Source: a virus
Reading direction: 5' to 3' (one strand)
DNA length: 64,000 nucleotides
IMG/VR virus record: IMGVR_UViG_3300049489_000477
Span: 52,507 to 116,506 of that record
Of this stretch, positions 20,460-30,396 are shown piece after piece. Below the pieces are notes generated by a model. The model saw only the letters and a list, made by a program, of their open reading frames with translations, ran no database searches and had not been told where the DNA came from. Position 1 is the stretch's first letter. Every line of letters begins with the position of its first letter. The position numbers were made by a program, and so were the translations under genes.

Positions 20460-20483
20460 AAATAGTATTATAATATATTTATG
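20457..20483. promoter_or_regulatory. Palindromic bidirectional promoter region
   Basis: CATAAATA-GT-ATTATAAT-A-TATTTATG spans both divergent start codons. Confidence 0.55.
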
Positions 20484-20945
20484 TCAAAATTACATGTCTC
20501 AAAGTCAAAATGGAAGAAAGATATCTATACACCACATAATAGGATGAAATATAAGGGTACGGCTTTACCTGTTTGCCGATCAAGGTGGGAGTATCGATTT
20601 TGCCGGTTTCTTGATTTCAACGAAAATGTTATTGAATGGATAAGTGAGGAACCCAAGATTCCATATTTAAATCCGAATACAAACACTATGTGGAATTATC
20701 ATCCAGATTTTGTCATTCGCGTAAAGACCCTATCGGGACCACCAAGAACACAAATGGTTGAAATAAAACCCAAAAAACAGACCGTGCCACCCATTGTGAC
20801 CAAGGGTAAGCACCAGAGAACTATATTGTATGAAGCATGCACTTGGCGACAAAATTGCGCCAAATGGGAAGCAGCCCGCGCCTACTGTGCGTCAAGGGGC
20901 TGGGAATTTAAGATACTTACCGAAGATAACTTATTCGGCTGCTGA
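20481..20945 (+). CDS. Head completion nuclease gp4 (TnsA-like)
   Basis: KYKG, RS.WE, W.SE...IPY, Y.PDF, EIKP.KQT, N.AKW.AA and F.ILTE motifs. Confidence 0.92.
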   Translation: MSKLHVSKSKWKKDIYTPHNRMKYKGTALPVCRSRWEYRFCRFLDFNENVIEWISEEPKIPYLNPNTNTMWNYHPDFVIRVKTLSGPPRTQMVEIKPKKQTVPPIVTKGKHQRTILYEACTWRQNCAKWEAARAYCASRGWEFKILTEDNLFGC

Positions 20946-21821
20946 TGCTTTAAACTCGGTAAGCGGCTTCATTTGCTGCTTGTATTTTTCCAAGTTTTCA
21001 AACATTTCTCGTAGATTACGATCAATTAAATATCTAAACAGCTTCTTACCATCAGCCAACTTGTAATCTATTAATTGCTGTTGAAGTTTCGCTGTGAGTT
21101 CTGCTGGAATATAATCCATATCAATCAGCTTCTTGTTTCTTTCGAAGTTTTTGGCAAACTCTGTTAACTTTCCTTCACTGTCAACTTCGGTAATCAGCCT
21201 TGGTAAATCACCGGAAGCAATGAGTTTAGCCGCCTTTTTTTCACCCAAACCTTTTCTCACACCAGGAATATTATCTGACGAATCTCCGCAAATTATCTTT
21301 AATAACAATGATTGCTCTGGATCTTCCTTAACATAATCCTTTTTGTTTGGTGACCATAACTTGGTGTTAGGATACTTAAGTAATTGTATGTAGTCACCAT
21401 CACCCGTGACGATGGTTTTTTCATATTCTCTTGGTAATGTTTTTACAAGCCAGCCGATGATATCGTCAGCTTCTAAGCGAGGAACCGCTGGAGCATAAAA
21501 TGGAAAAACCTCTTGAAGCTCGATAACAAACTCATCCATAAACTTATAGAATCCATCCCAATCGACTTCGGATGCTTTCTTTTCTCGTATCTCTACTCTG
21601 TTGGCTTTATACGATTCTACTTCGTCTTTTCTCCAAGACTTTTTACAATCAACACCAATATAAACAGCATCTGGTTTAAATTGGCTGATATATGGAAATA
21701 TACCGTTAGCCAACAGTAGATGGCGCAACATGTTAAAACCAATGATTTTAATATCTGCTGCTTTTACAAACAAATATCTGTGCGCTAAATGTCCAAGATC
21801 AATGAGAAGAACCTTTTTCAT
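20931..21821 (-). CDS. rnh: RNase H / 5'-3' exonuclease
   Basis: LLID, WRK...YKANR, EADDII, GDGDY.QL and GD.SDNIPG motifs. Start placed at MKKVLL. Confidence 0.92.
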   Translation of the reverse strand: MKKVLLIDLGHLAHRYLFVKAADIKIIGFNMLRHLLLANGIFPYISQFKPDAVYIGVDCKKSWRKDEVESYKANRVEIREKKASEVDWDGFYKFMDEFVIELQEVFPFYAPAVPRLEADDIIGWLVKTLPREYEKTIVTGDGDYIQLLKYPNTKLWSPNKKDYVKEDPEQSLLLKIICGDSSDNIPGVRKGLGEKKAAKLIASGDLPRLITEVDSEGKLTEFAKNFERNKKLIDMDYIPAELTAKLQQQLIDYKLADGKKLFRYLIDRNLREMFENLEKYKQQMKPLTEFKASAAE

Positions 21822-21860
21822 GACCGATACTAACACGAATATTAATAATAACAATACCCA

Positions 21861-21892
21861 AAAATAAAAGCCGTCCCTTTCGGAACGGCTTC
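21861..21892 (-). terminator. Intrinsic terminator
   Basis: AAGCCGTTCC-GAAA-GGGACGGCTT hairpin followed by a T-rich tail. Confidence 0.85.
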
Positions 21893-21917
21893 TATTCTCC
21901 TTTAAAAATTTTTAAAC

Positions 21918-22412
21918 TTACTTAGGTGTGTCTGGTGTTCCAGCCTTATTTGGCTCGGTTGATCCACCCTTTGGTGACTTGTTCAATCCATCATTACCCT
22001 TATTCAATGGGCTATTGAGTGGAAGACCAAGTTGTGAGCGAAGCTTCTCGCGGAATTCTGATGGCTTGATCCATTCCTTTGGAGCAGCGCCAACACCCTC
22101 GTCGCGGGTTACTGGCTTGACATCAGCACCTTGTGCTGGCTGTTCTGCCTTGAATTCCTTGGCTCCACCCTTGACGCCTTCTGGACGCTTAACAGGTGTA
22201 ACCTTATTACCTTCTGGTTCGCCACCCTTGCCGTGGTCTTCGCCAACTTCCTTGACTCCAGCTTTTACGCCTTCTTCACGGTTGACTTCCTTTGGTTCTT
22301 TGGCTGGCTTTGTTTCAACGCCATCGACCTTGAACTTCTTACCAGTGTAAGTCTTCGACTCTTGGATTTTTGCCTTGAGAGCCTTAAGTTGCTTGAGTGT
22401 TGGAAATGCCAT
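21918..22412 (-). CDS. Putative internal head protein (paralog of the 125-aa repeat)
   Basis: Late promoters at 22430-22437 and 22450-22457; IQE site; FREKLR..LGL.L...LNK motif shared with the neighbouring gene. Confidence 0.6.
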   Translation of the reverse strand: MAFPTLKQLKALKAKIQESKTYTGKKFKVDGVETKPAKEPKEVNREEGVKAGVKEVGEDHGKGGEPEGNKVTPVKRPEGVKGGAKEFKAEQPAQGADVKPVTRDEGVGAAPKEWIKPSEFREKLRSQLGLPLNSPLNKGNDGLNKSPKGGSTEPNKAGTPDTPK

Positions 22413-22465
22413 AATATTCTCCTGTGATATATTTATATGGGGTTAAATGTATTTATATGAAAAAT

Positions 22466-23641
22466 TTACATGCCCGCCAAATCGTAGAGTCTTTCTGTCC
22501 ATTGGCGTGATGCTAGCAAATTATCTGTTGGTTTTAGACCAATTTTTATATATGTATTGGGATCCATAAGTGCAGTCTCGACTTTAGATGGTACTATATG
22601 TGGCGCTTTTGCTTTATTAGCTTCCCATTGTTTCTTTTGTTCGTCAGCGGCTCGTTGGGCTTCTTCGGGGGTGGCTGGTTGAAATGGGACTTGCTGAACT
22701 TTGGCTGGTGGAGTTGCTGGTTTAAAATTCCTATTTAAATACGCACCGCGTTCACGACTTCTAGTAACTCTATTACCTTCATCGTCAAACTTGTCACCAG
22801 GGACGAACATCGCCTCATCTAATTTTTTTTTTGATTCTGACAAGCCTTCCTTGCCCATATTTGGCTTATTGAGCTTATCGTCCAGTGATAAACCAAACAC
22901 GCCACGAACCTTTTCGCGGAATGCTTTTGCAACATAGTCTTTGGCTATGACAGCACCAGCAGCAGCGCCTTCTTTACGATCTGTGCCTTCATCTTTTCCA
23001 GCGGCTTTCTTGCTGCCTTCAAATTCTTTGGCAGCCTCTTCAGCACCTTCTTTATTCTTGTTGTTTGGATCGTTGTCCATCTTCTTACTGGCATCGAATT
23101 CTTCGGCGGCATTTTCAGCACCTTCTTTACCAGTTTCTACCTTTGCATCCTTATGAATTGGCTTGGAATCTGGCTTGAATCCCTTATCACCGTACAATTC
23201 TTTTGATGATTCTGCAAGACCTGTCTTACCAGCATTTGGCTTATTCAACTTATCGTCTAATGAAAGACCAAATGATGCGCGAATTTTCTTACCAAATGAT
23301 GCTGCGCCATATCCGTCCTTGGATATTTCAGCGCCACCCTCTGCGCCTTCTTTACGTTCTTCCTTTTCCTTGTTAGGAGCTTTGTCTGAACCTTCGAACT
23401 TATCAGCGGCATTGTCAGCGCCAGCTTTATTTTCATTTTCTGGTGTGTTATCCATTTTCTTACTGGCATCAAATTCGTCGGCAGCAGCTTTTACGCCGTC
23501 CTTACCAACTTTAACATCGGCGTCCTTATGAAGCGGGTCAGCTTTGGTTTTTAGACCCTTATCGCCATACAATTCCTTTGTCGATTCAGAAATAACTTTT
23601 TCTATTTCTGCCCATTTCTTTTCGATATCTTCGCGCTTCAT
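22466..23641 (-). CDS. Putative internal head polyprotein with two 125-aa repeats
   Basis: ATG at 23641 with AGGAG RBS and TATAAATA at 23662-23669. Repeats are bounded by ISE, LAE and LSE. Confidence 0.65.
   Translation of the reverse strand: MKREDIEKKWAEIEKVISESTKELYGDKGLKTKADPLHKDADVKVGKDGVKAAADEFDASKKMDNTPENENKAGADNAADKFEGSDKAPNKEKEERKEGAEGGAEISKDGYGAASFGKKIRASFGLSLDDKLNKPNAGKTGLAESSKELYGDKGFKPDSKPIHKDAKVETGKEGAENAAEEFDASKKMDNDPNNKNKEGAEEAAKEFEGSKKAAGKDEGTDRKEGAAAGAVIAKDYVAKAFREKVRGVFGLSLDDKLNKPNMGKEGLSESKKKLDEAMFVPGDKFDDEGNRVTRSRERGAYLNRNFKPATPPAKVQQVPFQPATPEEAQRAADEQKKQWEANKAKAPHIVPSKVETALMDPNTYIKIGLKPTDNLLASRQWTERLYDLAGM
22835..23584 (-). repeat. Tandem duplication of 2 x 375 bp in coding sequence
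   Basis: KELYGDKG, EFDASKKMDN and FGLSLDDKLNKPN each occur twice; the bounding Glu codons are 375 nt apart. Confidence 0.85.
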
Positions 23642-23675
23642 AGGAAAGCTCCTTATAAATCTATTTATATATAAA

Positions 23676-24305
23676 TTACTTTGGTTTTGTATAAAACCAA
23701 TCTTCAACAGATTTATATAGCTTGAAGTAATTATCCATAAACACGGACTTCTCTAAAATGATATATTTGCCCTTATAAACAAGTGCTGTTTCTGGAAGGG
23801 TCGGGTTACGATGCTCTACAAAGTCAATAAATGATTGGCGTTCCAAGCATACATAGCCGCTACGCTTTGATGTTATTCTAAAAATAATAAGCATCTTTTT
23901 ATCAACTTTGGCAGCGTCCTCCGTTGCCTGTCCAATCCACTTATCAAGCATCTTGTCCTCACCATTTAAAATCTTATGAAACTGTGGATCGTCATCATAT
24001 GCCTTGGATTCTAATGAAAACTTCATCCATGTTGGAGTGATGATGTCGCCGGTAAGGGTTTTCTTAGCCTCTTCGTTGATCTTCATATTCTTATTAAAAT
24101 TAAATCCGCCCATGAATGCGCCCGACATGGGTACACGACGGAATATATCACCAGGAAAAAGCGCCTCAAGTTCGTGACAAATATCACGCTCTGCTGCCTT
24201 GCCCTTTCGGCAACCATTGACCTTTTTCTTCTTTTCTTTTAAATGATTATCCTCTGGAATATCATTTACATTAAGGTTATCTAAAATGTCTTGGACATCT
24301 GCCAT
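23676..24305 (-). CDS. Holliday junction resolvase (Hjc-like PD-(D/E)xK)
   Basis: KGKAAER, FRRVPMSGA, GDI and ESK motifs. Confidence 0.8.
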   Translation of the reverse strand: MADVQDILDNLNVNDIPEDNHLKEKKKKVNGCRKGKAAERDICHELEALFPGDIFRRVPMSGAFMGGFNFNKNMKINEEAKKTLTGDIITPTWMKFSLESKAYDDDPQFHKILNGEDKMLDKWIGQATEDAAKVDKKMLIIFRITSKRSGYVCLERQSFIDFVEHRNPTLPETALVYKGKYIILEKSVFMDNYFKLYKSVEDWFYTKPK

Positions 24306-24358
24306 ATGCAAATTATATCACAATTTTTGATAACCACTAACCCGAAGATTATGTCTTA

Positions 24359-27178
24359 TTAAACTATGCCTAGTTTCTTAAGCTCTTCGTAGCCTTCTGC
24401 AAGACGCTGTTGTACATCAACGCCACGGGTGCATTGTGTCTTGAATCCATATGATTGATCAACTTCGTTGATACTTTCTGGATTCGAGTCATCGTACTTG
24501 AGACTCATAACAGCATCGTCGTAAATCTTCTCAATACTTGATTCAGTATTTTGGAAGTTACCAAGCAAATGGCTGATTGCCGTTTGGCGTGGGGTCGTGT
24601 GGAGATTATTCATCTTGATGTATGAATAAACGTCCTTATCTGACGCCTTGCGCGAAATTGAGCAGATAGGTGTAGCAATGAATGACGATACCATGGATGA
24701 AACATTACCAATACCAGCGGTATTGTTTGTTACATGCATTGGACCACCGATGGTGCAAACACCACCAGCACATCCTTCGGTAACCATGCTCTTTTCCATT
24801 TCTTCCCAGACTGCTCTGGTGTCCTCAAGAATAGCAGATGTTCTCTGCCACTTCAAGTCCTTGTCAGCGTCCAAGTCAAACTTGTCGGTATTTGGATCGA
24901 TGGTTACGGTGAGCTTACCTTCAGTCAATACAAAGCGAACTGGTTCAAGAGTTATCTTTGTTAAGTCAAATGACTTCTGGTAGCCAGGCAACTTGATCTT
25001 ATCACCGAGACGGAAACCGTTGAAACGAGTCGCTTCCTTCAAATTTGGGCGACCCTTCTTGAAATCTTTCGTCTCGTACTCGTCTTTCTTATTCTTGTCA
25101 CCAGCGGTTTTCTTCTTCTTGCCCTCTTCGTCAACTTCGGCTTTTTCAGCCTCTTCTTGTGTCAAAGGAATCTTTGCTTCCTCTTCTGACCACTGTTCTG
25201 CTGGCTCCTTTGATGGATCATGTACGGTTTTTACATACTTGACGATATGACCATCTGGCTTTTCACCAGTGGCTTCACGCTTGGCTGGAATGATTTCTGG
25301 CTTGGCAACAAACTTGTGCTTTCCAACTTTCTTCTCTTCAAATTCTTGAAGCTTTTCTTGGGCTGGTTCTTCGTCCTCTATTTCACCCATATCATCGTCA
25401 GCTTCGGCTGGTTCTGTTGGTTCTGTTGGTTCTGTTGGTTCTACTGGTTCGCCAGCTTCACCATCTTCTGCTTCGAAACCATCCTCGACTTCACAATCTT
25501 CGCCTTCGCATGCTTCTGGTTCTTCGGAAGCAGGGGCTTCTTTTTCAACATCAGTAAGAGCTTCAACAGCAGCCTTCAAATCCTCAAGAGCTTTTTCAGC
25601 GGTTTCAATCTTATCTTCTGCTTTTTCGGCAGCGGATTGAACGCCTTCGATAGCCTTCTCTTCGGCTTCTTCATGCTCGGCAGCTTCCTCTTCGGCTTCT
25701 TCGGCGGCTTCCTTCTCTTCTGGTGTTTGTTCAATCTCTTGTTCTTGGTCAACCGCGCCTTCGGCACCGGCTTCTGGAGCAAGTTCGACTTCACCATCTG
25801 TACCGGGAACGCCTAGCTCATTTTCACCGACAATAGGTTGTCCAACTGGTCCGTCTACTGCTGGAGCAGCTTGAGCGGCTGGTGATCCGATAGGACCATT
25901 TACATCGACTTCATCGACAACTGGTTGTCCAATAGGACCGTCTACGGCTGGATCTGTTGTAGCTGCTGGTGAGCCAATAGGACCATTTACACCTTGTGTA
26001 AATTCATCCAATAATGATTGGGCTACTGATTGAACATCTGTATTACCCTCTTGCATTCCGCAGCCTTCTTTTGCACATTGCTTGGCAACGCGCAAGAAAG
26101 CAGAGCGAGCGTTAGCTTCGTCAAATGTACCTCTCTTCATTTGTGCTTTGAGGTTCTTTTCGACTTGACGATAAATTGGAGATTCTTTGTATTGCGATAA
26201 ATCACTTGATCCTGCTGATGTATCGGCAAACGCATTTGCTGAGATATTTTCTGCTGCCATTGCTGGATCTTCTGGTGATGTGCTTACTACTGGACCTTCA
26301 GCATTTGCGGCTGGCTGTTGTTCAACGCCCGCGCCCATACTGTATTCAGCAATAACATTGTCGAGTTGTTCTAATTGTTCTTCTGTGAAGTTTTCCAAAC
26401 CTTCTTGAGACTTGGTTTCTTCATTGTATGAAATCATAGGGTCGCCATTTTCCTTGCAGACCTTATAAACCGTATCTTCGCCACGCTGTTCAACGCAGAA
26501 CTTTACCTTTTCACCAAGCCACATGCCTTCTTGCCATGGGGTTGGTTCTGGTTCGGTTGGTGGTAATTGTGCAGCTTGGGTTGGATCAACTGGCAATCCA
26601 GGCTCTGTTACGCCCGGAGGTGGTACTTCTAAACCAGGAGCGACACCAGTATCTTCAAAACCGCTTGGACCTACGGCTGGATCGGATGTGATAATAGGAC
26701 CAGCTTCTGGTTCACCTTCAAGTCCTGGCATGATGCCTGGCATATCTTCGATACCTTCCATGAGCTTCAAACGATACACAACACGGGCATCAATTTCATG
26801 TCTTTCAGCCATAGCGTGAGCATAGTTGACTATCTTCTCAATGGATTCGACCATTTGTATAACATCTTCCTTACGATCCCCACCAATGACATTTGCTGTA
26901 TTGATATTTTCAGTTATTTCCATGAGCTTTTCAACGATGATATCAACATCCTCTTTATTATTGAGCATATTGAGACGCATTTCGTTTACGACCGTCGCGG
27001 CTCTGGCTTCAAGAACCCCAGCCAATTTTGTCATCACACCGTTCATAAAGACGCGGTATGTGCCTTCTTTAAATACCGTTTCACCTCTGAACTCTGTGCC
27101 ACAATCGTCACAGCGAGTGATATTACGATATTCTGTGTCCGATAAATTGGTATTGCGACAATGTGGGCAACGATTCAT
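24359..27178 (-). CDS. 939-aa acidic low-complexity late protein with an N-terminal zinc ribbon
   Basis: CPHC...CDDC; E/P/A-rich; TATAAATA at 27197-27204; AGGAG RBS. Confidence 0.7.
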   Translation of the reverse strand: MNRCPHCRNTNLSDTEYRNITRCDDCGTEFRGETVFKEGTYRVFMNGVMTKLAGVLEARAATVVNEMRLNMLNNKEDVDIIVEKLMEITENINTANVIGGDRKEDVIQMVESIEKIVNYAHAMAERHEIDARVVYRLKLMEGIEDMPGIMPGLEGEPEAGPIITSDPAVGPSGFEDTGVAPGLEVPPPGVTEPGLPVDPTQAAQLPPTEPEPTPWQEGMWLGEKVKFCVEQRGEDTVYKVCKENGDPMISYNEETKSQEGLENFTEEQLEQLDNVIAEYSMGAGVEQQPAANAEGPVVSTSPEDPAMAAENISANAFADTSAGSSDLSQYKESPIYRQVEKNLKAQMKRGTFDEANARSAFLRVAKQCAKEGCGMQEGNTDVQSVAQSLLDEFTQGVNGPIGSPAATTDPAVDGPIGQPVVDEVDVNGPIGSPAAQAAPAVDGPVGQPIVGENELGVPGTDGEVELAPEAGAEGAVDQEQEIEQTPEEKEAAEEAEEEAAEHEEAEEKAIEGVQSAAEKAEDKIETAEKALEDLKAAVEALTDVEKEAPASEEPEACEGEDCEVEDGFEAEDGEAGEPVEPTEPTEPTEPAEADDDMGEIEDEEPAQEKLQEFEEKKVGKHKFVAKPEIIPAKREATGEKPDGHIVKYVKTVHDPSKEPAEQWSEEEAKIPLTQEEAEKAEVDEEGKKKKTAGDKNKKDEYETKDFKKGRPNLKEATRFNGFRLGDKIKLPGYQKSFDLTKITLEPVRFVLTEGKLTVTIDPNTDKFDLDADKDLKWQRTSAILEDTRAVWEEMEKSMVTEGCAGGVCTIGGPMHVTNNTAGIGNVSSMVSSFIATPICSISRKASDKDVYSYIKMNNLHTTPRQTAISHLLGNFQNTESSIEKIYDDAVMSLKYDDSNPESINEVDQSYGFKTQCTRGVDVQQRLAEGYEELKKLGIV
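25408..25450. repeat. 9-bp tandem repeat (GGTTCTGTT) encoding EPT repeats
   Basis: Seen directly in the sequence. Confidence 0.8.
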
Positions 27179-27214
27179 AAAAATTCTCCTAATGTCTATT
27201 TATAAGGTTTTTAC

Positions 27215-28051
27215 TTAAATCTTGTCTGTGTACATCTTTTTTATAACTTCCATAACGGTCTTTGTGTTAAACTCGAATTCCTCATTTGTCCGTTCATGGA
27301 GTCTGATGTCTGGGAAGATATGTCTAAAGACCATATCGTACTTTTCGTTCTTTGTTAAGAAATGCATCAACTTGACCGAATCTAGCGAATCTTGAAGGTT
27401 GTATTTGTAAGCGAAATTTTTCAATTCAAGTGCAGATGGACGAATACCATCCAACAGGCAGCAAGCTTTGATCATTTTTCCGGTCATTGGTATTTTCTTG
27501 AAATATTCTTCATACATGATTGGTGTATGTTCATAAGTCATAAAGCCAATATTCAAGCCATTATTTGAGAAAACATGGGTTATTTCTTTTATATCTTGGA
27601 TATTCGTGGCTTCGTTTGGTCTGATAACGATAAGAATGTTAGCATTATCAAAGTTATCTTTTAGTGCTGTAGAAGCGGAATTGACTTCGGAACTTAACTT
27701 CTTCTTTTTATCAAAGTGAGCCAATGAGAACATTTCCTTGAAGTCGATAGGAAACATCTTGAATCCAAAAAACTTACCAGCGATATATTGTCTTTCCTCG
27801 AAAGTAAGACTGTACTTCATTTTTGTATTAATCTCATTTTCCGACGATGATGGAGTTAACAATCCCAAATCGGCGTTTTCATCGAACGCCTCTCTTTTAG
27901 ACCCTACATAGTTTTTAATGTAATCCTTAATTCTATGGAATTCTTCTTTGCAAACGGGATCAAACTCACCAGTAAACAGTATAACATTCCATTTCATGGG
28001 TGGTTGTTGTGGGGTGTTTGCGCTGTAGAATTCTTTGAATGTTTTACTCAT
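27215..28051 (-). CDS. Degenerate cytidyltransferase-like protein with a capsid-targeting-like N-terminus
   Basis: MSKTFKEF; FTGEFDP resembles G.F.P of HxGH nucleotidyltransferases; LTFEER. Confidence 0.5.
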   Translation of the reverse strand: MSKTFKEFYSANTPQQPPMKWNVILFTGEFDPVCKEEFHRIKDYIKNYVGSKREAFDENADLGLLTPSSSENEINTKMKYSLTFEERQYIAGKFFGFKMFPIDFKEMFSLAHFDKKKKLSSEVNSASTALKDNFDNANILIVIRPNEATNIQDIKEITHVFSNNGLNIGFMTYEHTPIMYEEYFKKIPMTGKMIKACCLLDGIRPSALELKNFAYKYNLQDSLDSVKLMHFLTKNEKYDMVFRHIFPDIRLHERTNEEFEFNTKTVMEVIKKMYTDKI

Positions 28052-28415
28052 TGATGTTTCCTTGTAGACCCATAGCTTCTAAAAGTATATTTATACTTTC
28101 TATTTGCTTTTTCTTCAAAAATGGTTTCTTTACGAGTTTACAGGATTCGATGATGTACTTTGGGCGAATGGTCAGTATGTCCGTGTTGCCGATACCATAA
28201 AATTTTAGTATCTGTAAAACATACAGCATTTTTATCTTACCATCTTGTAGGTTTTTTATGAGCGATCCTAGAATAATGATCATGGGTTTTAAATCTTTAT
28301 CGATTTTTTCTAAAGCCTCTAGGATAATATCGACTTGGCTATTCGTTATCGACGGAGCCTTATCGTACTGAATTTTGGCTATTTGATCGTTGATTTCGTC
28401 TTGTATTTTATTCAT
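28044..28415 (-). CDS. Hypothetical protein
   Basis: 123 aa, overlaps the start of the next gene. Confidence 0.6.
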   Translation of the reverse strand: MNKIQDEINDQIAKIQYDKAPSITNSQVDIILEALEKIDKDLKPMIIILGSLIKNLQDGKIKMLYVLQILKFYGIGNTDILTIRPKYIIESCKLVKKPFLKKKQIESINILLEAMGLQGNINE

Positions 28416-28456
28416 TTTTTATCTTTCTTGTGATATAATTATACCAGGAGTTTTAC

Positions 28457-28945
28457 ATGACTAGCGAAAATTTAAACGACGAACCAGTGAACGAACAAAA
28501 AGAAGTGCAGGAGTTTTTAGATAACTTAGAAACCGCCTACGCAAACAAGCTGGACGAGATTAAAAATGAAGTCGAAGATGTATTTACTATAGATGATAAT
28601 AATCTTGTCGAAGAGAATATGCGAACCGTTTCGCGGTTGCACTTATGGATAACACGCCACGCCATAGAAAAAAGAAAATTATTAAGCCTACGGAGAAAGC
28701 GTGACGATGTTTATTCGAAGCTTCATAAGCATTATCGTGAAGGTAAGGGTGGAGTTGTTTCGTTAACAGATAAAGGAATAGATGCCCGTATAAACTTAGA
28801 TGGAACTTATAAGAGGTTTAACGCATTGTTCGAAGAACAAGAAAACATCGTTGAGTTTATTGAGCAAATCTGTTGGGCATTGAAGCAAACCAAAATGTCT
28901 GCATTACGGAATATTCAAGAATCCAAGCGAATCGAAGGCGCATGA
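28457..28945 (+). CDS. uvsY: UvsY-like recombination mediator
   Basis: Helical, with C-terminal ALRNIQE. Directly upstream of UvsW. Confidence 0.7.
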   Translation: MTSENLNDEPVNEQKEVQEFLDNLETAYANKLDEIKNEVEDVFTIDDNNLVEENMRTVSRLHLWITRHAIEKRKLLSLRRKRDDVYSKLHKHYREGKGGVVSLTDKGIDARINLDGTYKRFNALFEEQENIVEFIEQICWALKQTKMSALRNIQESKRIEGA

Positions 28946-30396
28946 CCGAAGCAGCTAATAAAGTCAGTATTGTAAAGATCAACAACACATGGGGTCATGT
29001 CGTTTGTAACGACATTCCAACTATGGAAGCGTTGTATAAACGGTTCGCTGTTCCTGTCGAGAATTATTGGTTTATGCCAAAATACAGAGCGGGTGTGTGG
29101 GATGGAAAGGTTCACTTCGTAACGGAAGCTGGTAGATTTTACAATGGTTTACTTCCCAAGATATTACAATTCTTTGGTGATGATTACGATATTGAATTAG
29201 ACTCTTCCTATGAAAAAGAATTCGTTGATGTTGAGTTGTTGAAAAAGGATTTCATAGAATATACCGACCAGACATTAACGACATTAGATCCGTATCGGTA
29301 TCAGTGGAGAGGTTCTATCAAAGCACTCTACCACAAAAGGGCAATATGTGAACACGGAACGGGAAGTGGTAAGTCGTACACGATCACGATGATCGTTAAT
29401 TATTTAAGACACAAAAATATCAATCATAAATTTTTGATACTTGTTCCTAAGTTGGATTTAATAGAACAGTTCTATGACAACATGATTGAGTTCGGATTTC
29501 CAGAAACCATACTTGGAAAATATAACGGATTTCAAAAGGATACACAACAGCCAATTATTATTTCAACTTGGCAATCCATCTACAAAAACGCAGCCTTCTT
29601 AAAAATGTTTACGGTATTCATAGCAGACGAGTGCCATGGTTTGAAGGCTGATCATGTCCGTGGCGTTGCGGAACGAGTTGTCAACTGTGAATGGAGACTC
29701 GGTTTCACAGGAACCATGCCAGATCAAAAATCCGATCATCTTTTGATTCAGGGTGTTCTTGGACCTGTTGTTGACCAGGCACTATACGAAGAATTACAGC
29801 GTGAGAAAACTATCAGTGCTTTAAAAATAACTTTATTAAAGCTTATATATCCAGAGCCGGTCATAGAACAGATGAAAGATATTCCATATGATCTTGAAAA
29901 AGAATTCATAGAAAATGATCCTTTTAGAAACAATCTTATTTGTAAGATAGCCGATAAGTTTGCCAAGGCGAATAAAAACTGTCTTATTCTTGTAAAAAAG
30001 ATAGACCATGGTGAACGGCTTATCAATATGTTAAAAGGTCTTGGTCATGATCCATCGTTTGTATATGGTGATGTAAAAATTGATGAGCGTAACGATATTC
30101 GTCGTGGTATTGAAGAAAAAGAAGGGCAAATCATCGTTGCAACCACTGGCGTCTACTCGACGGGTATTTCTATAAACCGACTACATGTACTGATGTTTGC
30201 ATCTAGCGGAAAAAGCAAAATCCAAACACTTCAATCGGTTGGTCGAGGACTACGAAAACATCCTACAAAAAATGAGTTGCAATTGTTTGACATTGGTGAA
30301 AACTGTAACCATTCTCGAAAACATTTAAATATCCGTGTAAAATATTACGAGAAGAATAAGTTTAATTATACTATAAAAGAGGTAACAGTCACATGA
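28942..30396 (+). CDS. uvsW: UvsW helicase
   Basis: FMPKYRAGVWDGK, GTGSGKS, STWQS, DECH, GFTGT and QSVGRGLR motifs. Confidence 0.94.
   Translation: MTEAANKVSIVKINNTWGHVVCNDIPTMEALYKRFAVPVENYWFMPKYRAGVWDGKVHFVTEAGRFYNGLLPKILQFFGDDYDIELDSSYEKEFVDVELLKKDFIEYTDQTLTTLDPYRYQWRGSIKALYHKRAICEHGTGSGKSYTITMIVNYLRHKNINHKFLILVPKLDLIEQFYDNMIEFGFPETILGKYNGFQKDTQQPIIISTWQSIYKNAAFLKMFTVFIADECHGLKADHVRGVAERVVNCEWRLGFTGTMPDQKSDHLLIQGVLGPVVDQALYEELQREKTISALKITLLKLIYPEPVIEQMKDIPYDLEKEFIENDPFRNNLICKIADKFAKANKNCLILVKKIDHGERLINMLKGLGHDPSFVYGDVKIDERNDIRRGIEEKEGQIIVATTGVYSTGISINRLHVLMFASSGKSKIQTLQSVGRGLRKHPTKNELQLFDIGENCNHSRKHLNIRVKYYEKNKFNYTIKEVTVT

Noticed and set aside
20481-20945. TnsA transposase / mobile element
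   Set aside because: It matches T4 gp4 head completion protein next to gp2; there are no other transposition genes or element ends.
22823-22832. T10 run as a phase-variation or frameshift site
   Set aside because: It encodes KKK in an intact frame, and I found no support for an alternative product.
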